The notes beneath the pieces were generated by a model that was not told the DNA's origin, made no database searches, and worked only from the letters and a program-made list of their open reading frames with translations. Of a stretch of 57,405 nucleotides of DNA, positions 10,401 to 17,582 are shown in pieces (positions within the stretch are counted from its first letter, which is position 1; the number at the start of each line of letters is the position of its first letter). The stretch covers positions 1 to 57,405 of the forward strand of contig CBFDDP010000004.1 of NCBI GenBank assembly GCA_965603595.1, given 5' to 3'. The stretch is from an uncultured bacterium (lineage in GTDB: Bacteria; Spirochaetota; B62-G9; DRHN01). A program made the position numbers and the translations under genes.

Positions 10401-10438
10401 GGGCGGATGTCCGACATGCGACATCCGCCCATTTCTTG
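10401..10438 (+). terminator. Rho-independent terminator after the symporter operon
   Basis: GGGCGGATGTC-cgacatgc-GACATCCGCCC (11-bp stem) followed by ATTTCTTGT. Confidence 0.8.
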
Positions 10439-10449
10439 TGTATACTCAA

Positions 10450-10478
10450 TTGACGCGCGCTGGTGAGCGATCTATATT
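10450..10478 (+). promoter_or_regulatory. Sigma70-type promoter of the corrinoid/MtmB-like operon
   Basis: TTGACG, an exact 17-nt spacer, then TATATT. Lies directly after the terminator and about 140 nt upstream of the first gene. Confidence 0.6.
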
Positions 10479-10507
10479 TAGTGCGGTAGCAAGTGTAATT
10501 AAGGTGA

Positions 10508-10609
10508 GAGTCAAGGGGACAGCTTACTTGATTTCACTTGTTCCCATGACCAGGAGTGAATGAATTACGTATGCTGCCCCCTTATTTCTGTCACCTTGAC
10601 TCGGAGGAG
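10508..10609 (+). promoter_or_regulatory. Structured 5' leader: long-range stem abutting the RBS
   Basis: GAGTCAAGGGGACAG (10508-10522) pairs at 14 of 15 positions with CTGTCACCTTGACTC (10588-10602). The enclosed 65 nt include an inner TTCACT/AGTGAA stem. The GGAGGAG RBS starts 1 nt after the 3' arm. Confidence 0.5.
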
Positions 10610-10617
10610 TGCGAAAA

Positions 10618-11256
10618 ATGGAATTATTCGAGAAGATCTATAGGGCAGTGGTGGAACGCAACCGCGATGAGGTGTTGAGGCTATCACATGAGGTTGTCGA
10701 CAGGAGGGTCGATCCAACACAGGCCATCGAGCAGGGCTTCAAGCGCGGTATGGAGCGTATAGGTGATATGTTCGCGGAGCTTGAGATATTCATCCCTGAT
10801 ATGATCACCGCAGCGGACATCATGAATGAGGGGCTCGAGATACTGCAGCCAGCCCTGAATAAGCGGGGCGGTGGCGGTACGAAGGGAAAGATTCTGCTCG
10901 GGACCATTCAGGGTGATGTACACGAGATAGGCAAGAACATCGTGCGCATACTTCTCGAGGGATCCGGTTTTGAGGTAATCGATCTTGGCAGAGACGTCAA
11001 TGTCCTCACCTTCATTGACAGGTATCAGGAGATCAGACCGGATATTATCGGTATCTCTGCACTCATGACCAACACGATGATAAATATTCCCCGTGTAATC
11101 GAAGATCTGAAGCGTCTCAATGTACGTGAGGATGTCAGGATCATGGTCGGCGGAGCCCCTGTGCTGCCCGACTGGGCGGAGGAGATCGGTGCGGATGGCT
11201 GCGGTCAGAGTGCCCGGGAAGCAGTCATACTCGCAAAACAATGGCTGGAGGCGTAA
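10618..11256 (+). CDS. Cobalamin-binding corrinoid protein (methyltransferase cognate, MtmC/MtbC/MttC-like)
   Basis: N-terminal helical cap plus a B12-binding Rossmann domain with GDVHEIGKN (DxHxxG), ISALMT (SxL) and MVGGAP (GG). ATG 10618 is preferred over GTG 10609 on RBS spacing. Confidence 0.85.
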   Translation: MELFEKIYRAVVERNRDEVLRLSHEVVDRRVDPTQAIEQGFKRGMERIGDMFAELEIFIPDMITAADIMNEGLEILQPALNKRGGGGTKGKILLGTIQGDVHEIGKNIVRILLEGSGFEVIDLGRDVNVLTFIDRYQEIRPDIIGISALMTNTMINIPRVIEDLKRLNVREDVRIMVGGAPVLPDWAEEIGADGCGQSAREAVILAKQWLEA

Positions 11257-12651
11257 ATGGTATCATACTGGGATTTCATACGGAGAATTGAAAGCGGCGA
11301 AATTATTGCTGAGGCGGACTATGACAGGAAGATCGGACAGGTGGCACAGGATATGGTTCAGAAGTACGATATACGTTATACTCCCGATGATCCGGTGCCC
11401 GCAGACGATGCACTCGCTGACAGGGTGTTCGAAGCCGCCATTGAGCTCTTCATGCAACTGGGCATATTCGTCATTGATACACGCAAGGTGGTAACCTTTG
11501 AGAGGGACGAGATCGAAGAGGCCCTGGCACATGCACCGGCAGAAGTGGTATACGGCACGGGGAATGAAAGGGTGGTGGTCCCGCACAGAATGGTTGAGGA
11601 TGAGCGGGACCCCATCGTGTTCTTTTCGGCAGTGGGTACACCAGTACCGGAGGAGGATTTTGTCAAGATCTGTATGAGCTATGTGCAGGAACCCCTTGCA
11701 GACACCTTCTCGGGCCCGCTTATAACCACCTATCGAGGGATGCCCATCGCTTCGGGGTCTCCCGTAGAGGTCGAGGCGGGTATATGGAACGTGATCAAGC
11801 TGCGCGAGGCTGCACAGTTTGCCGGCAGGCCGGATATTTCCATACACAACTTCATGTCAATTGCCGAGCGGACCGATGCCACCATTGCAGCGGCGCGGCC
11901 CGAGTTCGGTGTTCGCGAAGGTGACGGTCTATTTACGGCAGCCATTGCGGAGATGAAGGTCGATTATGAGCGGCTGAAACGCATTGCCTTTCAGATGCAC
12001 ACACCCTATGTAATCGGTGGGCTCTACGGCCCGCTCATGGGAGGGTATGCGGGCGGCCCTGAAGCAACAGCGATTGTTCTCGTGGCCCATCATTTTCTCG
12101 GACTCTTTGCCTTCAGGGCGCACAGGCACAACGGCTTCCCCATCAACATCAACCAGACCTGCAACACGACGCGGGAGATGCTCTGGCTTGTGAGCGTTTC
12201 GGGGCAGGCGATTGCCAGGAACACGAAGCTCGTCACCGTTGCAAATGCCTTCATGGCATCGGGGCCCTGTACGGAGATGATCACCTACGAGCTTGCTGCG
12301 CACTCGCTCGCAGCAACCGTTTCGGGCTGGCATCTGAATCCCTCAGCAGTTGCACGAAACCGCTTCCCGAGCCACTGCTCAGGCATGGAGCCCCGTATGC
12401 ACGCCGAGGTAGGGCATGTCGCGGCGCGTGCCGGAATCACGCGCAAGGATGCCTCGAAAATCGTGAATAAGCTTCTCGACTTCTATGAGAAGGATATCAA
12501 GACCGCACCAAAGGGTAAGAGCTTCCGTGAGTGCTACGATATCGAAACGGTGCAACCCACGGAGGAGTATACAGGGCTCTGGAAGAAGAGCAGGTCAACT
12601 CTGCATGACCTGGGTCTTGATTTCACACTGCTGAATAGCACAGGAGGATGA
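11257..12651 (+). CDS. MtmB-family (monomethylamine methyltransferase-like) corrinoid methyltransferase, non-pyrrolysine form
   Basis: Collinear with remembered Methanosarcina MtmB. Matching blocks are LGIFVIDTRKVV, ASGPCTEM, SGMEPRMHAEVG, APKGKSFRECYDIETVQPTEEY and LHDLGLDF. Uninterrupted ORF with no in-frame TAG. The start abuts the corrinoid-protein stop. Confidence 0.8.
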   Translation: MVSYWDFIRRIESGEIIAEADYDRKIGQVAQDMVQKYDIRYTPDDPVPADDALADRVFEAAIELFMQLGIFVIDTRKVVTFERDEIEEALAHAPAEVVYGTGNERVVVPHRMVEDERDPIVFFSAVGTPVPEEDFVKICMSYVQEPLADTFSGPLITTYRGMPIASGSPVEVEAGIWNVIKLREAAQFAGRPDISIHNFMSIAERTDATIAAARPEFGVREGDGLFTAAIAEMKVDYERLKRIAFQMHTPYVIGGLYGPLMGGYAGGPEATAIVLVAHHFLGLFAFRAHRHNGFPININQTCNTTREMLWLVSVSGQAIARNTKLVTVANAFMASGPCTEMITYELAAHSLAATVSGWHLNPSAVARNRFPSHCSGMEPRMHAEVGHVAARAGITRKDASKIVNKLLDFYEKDIKTAPKGKSFRECYDIETVQPTEEYTGLWKKSRSTLHDLGLDFTLLNSTGG

Positions 12652-12653
12652 GC

Positions 12654-12905
12654 ATGCCCCACGTTTCCATTAAACTGTACCCCGGAAGGACGCTCGATCA
12701 GAAAAAGGCGCTCACACAGCGTATCGTTGCAGCCATGGCGGAAACTATAGGCGCGGACGACAAGAGCATTTCAGTTTCCTTCGAGGAGGTGGCGCCTGCT
12801 GACTGGCCTGAGATGGTGGTGAAGCCGGATATTGCGGGAAAGCTCGACTGTGTGGTAAAGCTTCCGGGATATGAGTCGAAGTATTTGAAGGATATCGAGA
12901 AATAG
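12654..12905 (+). CDS. 4-oxalocrotonate tautomerase-family protein (Pro1 enzyme)
   Basis: The start at ATG 12654 gives MPHVSIKLYPGRTLDQKKALTQRIV, the canonical beta-alpha-beta tautomerase N-terminus with catalytic Pro1. A GGAGGA RBS lies inside the end of the upstream gene. Confidence 0.75.
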   Translation: MPHVSIKLYPGRTLDQKKALTQRIVAAMAETIGADDKSISVSFEEVAPADWPEMVVKPDIAGKLDCVVKLPGYESKYLKDIEK

Positions 12906-12915
12906 GGGAGCTGTC

Positions 12916-14013
12916 ATGGATATAGATCGGCTTATGAACAGCGGACTCAGGGACATCAAGCCCTATGTCGGAGGGAAGCACAAGGAGGAGGCTAAGGAGA
13001 AATACCGTATAGAGGAGCCGGTAAAGATGAGCTCCAACGAAAACCCTCTCGGTGTGTCACCCCGTGCTCTCGAGGAGGCGCAGGGTATACTGCCGGGAGC
13101 AAATGTGTATCCGGAGGGTTCCAACCGTCTGCTGCGTGAAGCCATTGCAGGTATGCATGATATAAGTTCCGAAGCCGTTGTGTTCGGAAATGGGGCCGAT
13201 GAGATCATCTACTACCTTGCCATGGGCCTCATCAACGACGGGGACGAGGTGATCATATCCCGTTTGACCTTTCCGATCTACGAGATTGCGTGCAGGATGA
13301 TGCGTGCTGCGATTGTGTACAGCGACATGAAAGGCCTTCTCATTGACACTGATGACATTTCGAAGAGAATAACCGACAAGACAAAGCTCATTGCACTGTG
13401 CAATCCGAACAACCCGACGGGACATGCCCTTCACCGCGATGATGTGTACCGTTTCATCGATACTGTTCCCAGGAACGTACTTATCATCATGGATGAGGCG
13501 TATGCTGAATTTGCCGACCCTGACCTTTTCCCCGAATCGGTGGCAAAGTTCAGGGCGGGCCATGACAATCTCTTTATCATCAAGACCCTGTCAAAGGCCT
13601 ACGGACTTGCAGGCTTCAGAGTTGGGTACGGAATCGGCGATGCGCGCATCGTCGAACTCATGAACCGGATAAAGCTTCCCTTCAACATCAGTATCGTTTC
13701 ACAGCGCGCAGCGCTCGGGGCCCTTCAGGACCATGCATTTATTGAGAAGACGATACGAAATACGCGTGAAGGCAGGGAAGATATCTATAGGGCAGTTGAG
13801 CGTCTCGGGCTCTCCTACGTTGAGTCGAGTACAAACTTCGTACTCATCGACACGGGACGGGACGGCGACCAGGTTACAGATGAGATCATGAAGCGCGGTG
13901 TCATTGTACGCTCGGCGAAGAACTACGGGACACCCAATTCGATCAGAGTCACTGTCGGGACCCACGAGCAGAACCACCGGTTTATAGCTGCCATGGAGGA
14001 GATCTTCACATAG
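12916..14013 (+). CDS. Histidinol-phosphate/aromatic aminotransferase family (class II PLP aminotransferase)
   Basis: SSNENPLGVSP, NPNNPTG, DEAYAEF and KTLSKAYGLAGFRVGY (PLP lysine). Confidence 0.8.
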   Translation: MDIDRLMNSGLRDIKPYVGGKHKEEAKEKYRIEEPVKMSSNENPLGVSPRALEEAQGILPGANVYPEGSNRLLREAIAGMHDISSEAVVFGNGADEIIYYLAMGLINDGDEVIISRLTFPIYEIACRMMRAAIVYSDMKGLLIDTDDISKRITDKTKLIALCNPNNPTGHALHRDDVYRFIDTVPRNVLIIMDEAYAEFADPDLFPESVAKFRAGHDNLFIIKTLSKAYGLAGFRVGYGIGDARIVELMNRIKLPFNISIVSQRAALGALQDHAFIEKTIRNTREGREDIYRAVERLGLSYVESSTNFVLIDTGRDGDQVTDEIMKRGVIVRSAKNYGTPNSIRVTVGTHEQNHRFIAAMEEIFT

Positions 14014-14152
14014 CAGAAATACAGGGCTCGAGCACTTCACCGATCCCTTCCTGTAGCAGCTTCAAAACATGCCGTACCTGATTGTAGAAGCCGGTGACCC
14101 TATAGTATTGCAGGGATGTATAGTATACTGTATGATTCTAAAGGGGGTGGTG

Positions 14153-14677
14153 ATGCATATGAAGGGTTCTCTAGAGGGGATGATTAAAACGGACAAAAAT
14201 CCCCTGACTATTGCAGGCCTTGTGTGTAGTAATTTCGAGCAGGCGAGTCAGAAGCAAAAAAGAGAGAATCTGTCGAAACTCTTCGCTCTGCTTGCACGGT
14301 CCTTTGAGATACAGGCAAAGGAAAAAGTAAAGGACAGTGGGAAAGCTGTATCCGAAGAAGAGCTCATTACCGATTTTCAAAAATCGATTGAGCAGGACCT
14401 GCAGACAGCGTATACCGAGGGTGAGAGCAGGGTAAGGAAGGAGGGGAACAGGGGTGCACTGCGCGCTCTGACGTGGGGAAGTAAGGTCAGCGCGATTCAA
14501 AAATCGGTGCTTAAAAGGTATCTGAAGTTCGGTGATGAGTTGCTAAAGGGGGATCAGGCAATTCACGTGTGTCAGGCCTGCGGTTTCATAGGAATCGGGG
14601 AGGCTCCTCCCGATATATGCCCTGTCTGCAAAGCCCCCTCGTCAAGGTTCACCACGCTAGCGCCAAAGAGGAGATGA
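14153..14677 (+). CDS. Rubrerythrin-like helical protein with a C-terminal rubredoxin-type zinc ribbon; diiron ligands absent
   Basis: C-terminal HVCQACGF...ICPVCKAP. The helical body contains no ExxH motifs and almost no His. AAGGGGG RBS precedes ATG 14153. Confidence 0.6.
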   Translation: MHMKGSLEGMIKTDKNPLTIAGLVCSNFEQASQKQKRENLSKLFALLARSFEIQAKEKVKDSGKAVSEEELITDFQKSIEQDLQTAYTEGESRVRKEGNRGALRALTWGSKVSAIQKSVLKRYLKFGDELLKGDQAIHVCQACGFIGIGEAPPDICPVCKAPSSRFTTLAPKRR

Positions 14678-14680
14678 CCG

Positions 14681-15304
14681 ATGTTTGCAGCTCGAAACAT
14701 TACCCTGTGCACGAAGGATTGTGTATGTCTGTTTATATGTCCTACCGGAGCGACGGACACGGAGAATGGCCAGATCGATGCGGAAAAGTGCATAGACGGC
14801 TGCAGGCTCTGCGTGGACGCATGCCCCTCCCATGCCATTTATCTTGTACATGAGCGATATCCCGAAAGGGGTTTTCCTTCTGATGATGTGATGGAGGTGA
14901 TGACGAGCCTTCTTGAGCGAAAGGCCGGGTTTTATATCAGGGCATTGACTGCTGCCGATGAAGCCTCTCCAATCAAGGACACACTGTACAGGAGCCTGGC
15001 GCTATCCAATAAGGTGCTTGCTGAGGATTGTATTCGGGAGACAGGGCATATGATACCGGAGACGGAAAAATTCAGGGATCTTGTCTCTTCTCAGGCTCTT
15101 GAGAATCTCTACTCAAATTCCTTTAAAGGTGATGAAGGGGAGTCTGTCGGAGTAATACTGAACAGCATCCTGGATGCGCTCGTGGAGAACAGGGATGCGG
15201 TAAGTGTTGCCGCCTTTTTATGCGAAGAGTGCGGTTACATTGTATTGGACAGGAAACCTGAAAAGTGTCCCCAGTGCGCCTCGACAAGCCTACAGTCCAT
15301 ATAA
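14681..15304 (+). CDS. 4Fe-4S ferredoxin-domain protein with a helical body and C-terminal rubredoxin-type ribbon
   Basis: CTKDCVCLFICP and CIDGCRLCVDACP cluster motifs; C-terminal CEECGY...CPQC. GAGGAG RBS 7 nt upstream. Confidence 0.65.
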   Translation: MFAARNITLCTKDCVCLFICPTGATDTENGQIDAEKCIDGCRLCVDACPSHAIYLVHERYPERGFPSDDVMEVMTSLLERKAGFYIRALTAADEASPIKDTLYRSLALSNKVLAEDCIRETGHMIPETEKFRDLVSSQALENLYSNSFKGDEGESVGVILNSILDALVENRDAVSVAAFLCEECGYIVLDRKPEKCPQCASTSLQSI

Positions 15305-15355
15305 CCGGTATGAGACTGTGCTCACGTAAAGCGACCTATTTGTGAAGCAACAACA

Positions 15356-15379
15356 CAAGTGCCCGGCACTTGCTTTATT
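15356..15379. terminator. Bidirectional terminator hairpin between the convergent ferredoxin-like gene and zwf
   Basis: CAAGTGC-ccg-GCACTTG followed by CTTTATT on the plus strand and a T-rich run on the minus strand. Overlaps the zwf stop codon. Confidence 0.5.
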
Positions 15380-16835
15380 CCTCAGATGCCTGCAACCAGC
15401 GCCTGCCGTCGCGGGCCAGAAACTTGTCTGCTTCCTTCGGTCCCCAGGTTCCTCTCTTGTAGGTAGCGAGCTTCGGGGCGTGTTTCGACTCCCATCCCCG
15501 TATGATCGGATCTATGAACTGCCACTCCTTTTCAATCCCATCGCTTCTCGTAAACAGAGACGCGTCGCCGTTTAGAGCGTCGTAAAGCAGCCTCTCATAG
15601 GCTTCAGGAATGGAACATACCCCGAAAGAATCTGCGTATCGAAAATCCATGTTCACGGAACGCATGTCAGCCGCAGTGTCGGGTACCTTTGCTTCGAAGC
15701 GCAGATGTATGCCTTCATCGGGCTGTACACGCAGGGCAAGCATGTTAGACGTGATGGTGTATCCCTGCGGCAGGGGGAACATCACGTGGGGCGGTTCATG
15801 AAACTGTATGATGATCTCGCTTGTCTTTTTCTGAAGCGCCTTGCCGGAACGAAGGTAGAAGGGTACCCCCTTCCAGCGCCAGTTGTCGATATGCAGCCGA
15901 AGCGCAGCATAGGTGGCGGTCTTCGAATCGGCCGGGATACCTTCAGCTTTTCTGTAACCTTCATACTGTGCCCGTACGGTTTCTTGTGAAACCATCTCTT
16001 CCGATATGGGCCGGATAGCTGAAAAGAGCTTCACCTTCTCATTACGTATCGCATCAGCCTCAAATGAGGATGGAGGCTCCATTGCCACGAGGGCGAGCAT
16101 CTGAGTCATGTGGTTCTGGAACATATCCCGGAGCACGCCCGATTGATCGTAGTATCCTGCCCTGTGCCCCACATCCACCTGCTCGGCAACCGTGATCTGC
16201 ACATTGTCGATATAATTTCTATTCCAGATGGGTTCGAAGATTGCATTGGCGAACCTGAATACCAGAACGTTCTGCACCGTCTCCTTGCCCAGGTAATGGT
16301 CGATGCGGTATATCTGGCCTTCGTCCAGGTCGCGGTGCAGCGTGTCGTTCAGTTCGTGTGCCGATTGCAGGTCCCTCCCGAAGGGCTTTTCGATAACGAC
16401 GCGCCTCCACGAACCATTCTCCCTGACCATACCGGTTCTGCCCAGGTTGCCTACAATACTGGTAAAGAGCTGCGGGGGCGTTGCAAGGTAGTAGAGGCGA
16501 TTTGTATTCCCTTTTTCATAACCTTTTAGCCTCTTATCGAATGTCTTGAAATCCTCTTCACCGGAAAAGCTCCCCGAGTGATAGTTTATCTTCTGTGAAA
16601 ATTCGGTCCATTTCCCGGCATGAGACGGCTCGCAATCCCGCCCATTTTCAACAACCCGCATTCTGTTACGGAACTCTTCGTCGGTTAGGGATGATCTCGA
16701 GTAACCGACAATGCGGAAGTTTTTGGGAAGCCTTTTCTTCCGACACAGGCTGAAAAGTGCGGGTATGAGCTTTCTCCTCGTAAGATCACCGGATGCACCG
16801 AAGATGACGACAGTGGTCGATTCTCCCATCTGCAT
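15375..16835 (-). CDS. zwf: Glucose-6-phosphate 1-dehydrogenase
   Basis: IFGASGDLTRRKL dinucleotide motif, RIDHYLGKE active-site motif, and the full-length architecture. Start chosen at MQMGEST with AAGGAG 7 nt upstream. Confidence 0.9.
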   Translation of the reverse strand: MQMGESTTVVIFGASGDLTRRKLIPALFSLCRKKRLPKNFRIVGYSRSSLTDEEFRNRMRVVENGRDCEPSHAGKWTEFSQKINYHSGSFSGEEDFKTFDKRLKGYEKGNTNRLYYLATPPQLFTSIVGNLGRTGMVRENGSWRRVVIEKPFGRDLQSAHELNDTLHRDLDEGQIYRIDHYLGKETVQNVLVFRFANAIFEPIWNRNYIDNVQITVAEQVDVGHRAGYYDQSGVLRDMFQNHMTQMLALVAMEPPSSFEADAIRNEKVKLFSAIRPISEEMVSQETVRAQYEGYRKAEGIPADSKTATYAALRLHIDNWRWKGVPFYLRSGKALQKKTSEIIIQFHEPPHVMFPLPQGYTITSNMLALRVQPDEGIHLRFEAKVPDTAADMRSVNMDFRYADSFGVCSIPEAYERLLYDALNGDASLFTRSDGIEKEWQFIDPIIRGWESKHAPKLATYKRGTWGPKEADKFLARDGRRWLQASEE

Positions 16836-16909
16836 TGCTCCGCTCCTTTTGGTAACCGGGTGGCACCGTTGCTGAATATCTCTTGTACTTATACTAATTA
16901 GGGTTAACA

Positions 16910-16986
16910 TCGAGTTTTCAACCCGTCAATAAATATATTCACATATTTTGTTCAAAGTGCATAGTGCTGGCGAACGAAGTTCGCCC
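16910..16986 (+). repeat. Intergenic repeat, copy A (short form), ending in the palindrome GGCGAAC-gaa-GTTCGCC
   Basis: TCGAGTTTTCAACCCGTCAA...GCATAGTGCTGGCGAACGAAGTTCGCCC is clearly homologous to the reverse complement of 42810-42884. Confidence 0.7.
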
Positions 16987-17079
16987 TAATTGCGGAATAT
17001 CGTGGGTCAAACCCTGTGTTCTCCTTGCAATATTTCTAGAAAGGGTTTAGGGTAAGGTGATAATAAACTGGAGGAGCAT

Positions 17080-17484
17080 ATGTTCGGCAGTTTCGGTATG
17101 ATGGAGATACTTCTCATACTCATCGTTGGTGTCGTTGTGTTTGGTGCAATCAGACTGCCGCGGCTAGCGCGTAATATATCATCGGGATGGCATGAGCTGA
17201 AACGGCTGAAAAGGGGATTTGACCTGGGCCTCGATGAGCATGATGAACAGCCCCCGCGACAGCACACACAGAACTATGGTCCTGCACAGCAGCAGTACAA
17301 TCAACCCTATTACAACGGAAGCCCTGGCCAGCAGGGTTTTGCACCGGGCCAGCAGATGAATCAGCAGGGAAATACCAATGCATTCTATGGTCAGCAGGAG
17401 CCGCCGCCTCAGCAGGAGGATGGCAGTGGACCTTCTGCAAACTCGGCAGGAATGTCCGAAGAGGATGATAAAAAATCTGGCTGA
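17080..17484 (+). CDS. tatA: Twin-arginine translocase TatA/E-family protein with a long Q/N/P-rich tail
   Basis: MFGSFGMMEILLILIVGVVVFGAIRLP (TM helix followed by an amphipathic helix), then a Gln/Asn/Pro/Gly-rich extension of about 80 aa. Confidence 0.8.
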   Translation: MFGSFGMMEILLILIVGVVVFGAIRLPRLARNISSGWHELKRLKRGFDLGLDEHDEQPPRQHTQNYGPAQQQYNQPYYNGSPGQQGFAPGQQMNQQGNTNAFYGQQEPPPQQEDGSGPSANSAGMSEEDDKKSG

Positions 17485-17499
17485 ACCCGACGAAAACAC

Positions 17500-17528
17500 T
17501 TGACTGATGAGGTGGTAAAAAGGATAAT
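17500..17528 (+). promoter_or_regulatory. Sigma70-type promoter upstream of the secreted LamG-like gene
   Basis: TTGACT, 17-nt spacer, GATAAT. Confidence 0.45.
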
Positions 17529-17582
17529 GGGTTTATAGAACCCCTTACTATTTCTAATAATAAGTGAAAGGAGGATGTATAC

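Noticed and set aside
9239-10432. 397-aa ORF on the minus strand
   Set aside because: It is entirely antisense to the well-supported symporter gene. It is Arg/Pro/His-rich with no domain pattern and runs through the terminator hairpin. This is a typical shadow ORF in GC-rich coding DNA.
10479-10617. Possible cobalamin riboswitch in the leader of the corrinoid operon
   Set aside because: I could not find the B12-box (GCCACTG-like core) or the characteristic conserved junction sequences. The structure is reported only as an unclassified leader.
11257-12651. Initial reading as an MttB (trimethylamine methyltransferase) family member, or as a Pyl-containing gene split by UAG
   Set aside because: The conserved blocks match MtmB rather than MttB. 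The ORF is continuous with no in-frame TAG, and no pylT or pylSBCD genes are visible in the window.
14108-14136. TTGCAG-17-TATGAT promoter-like sequence upstream of the rubrerythrin-like gene
   Set aside because: The predicted transcription start would fall inside the Shine-Dalgarno of the gene (14141-14150), so the geometry is inconsistent.
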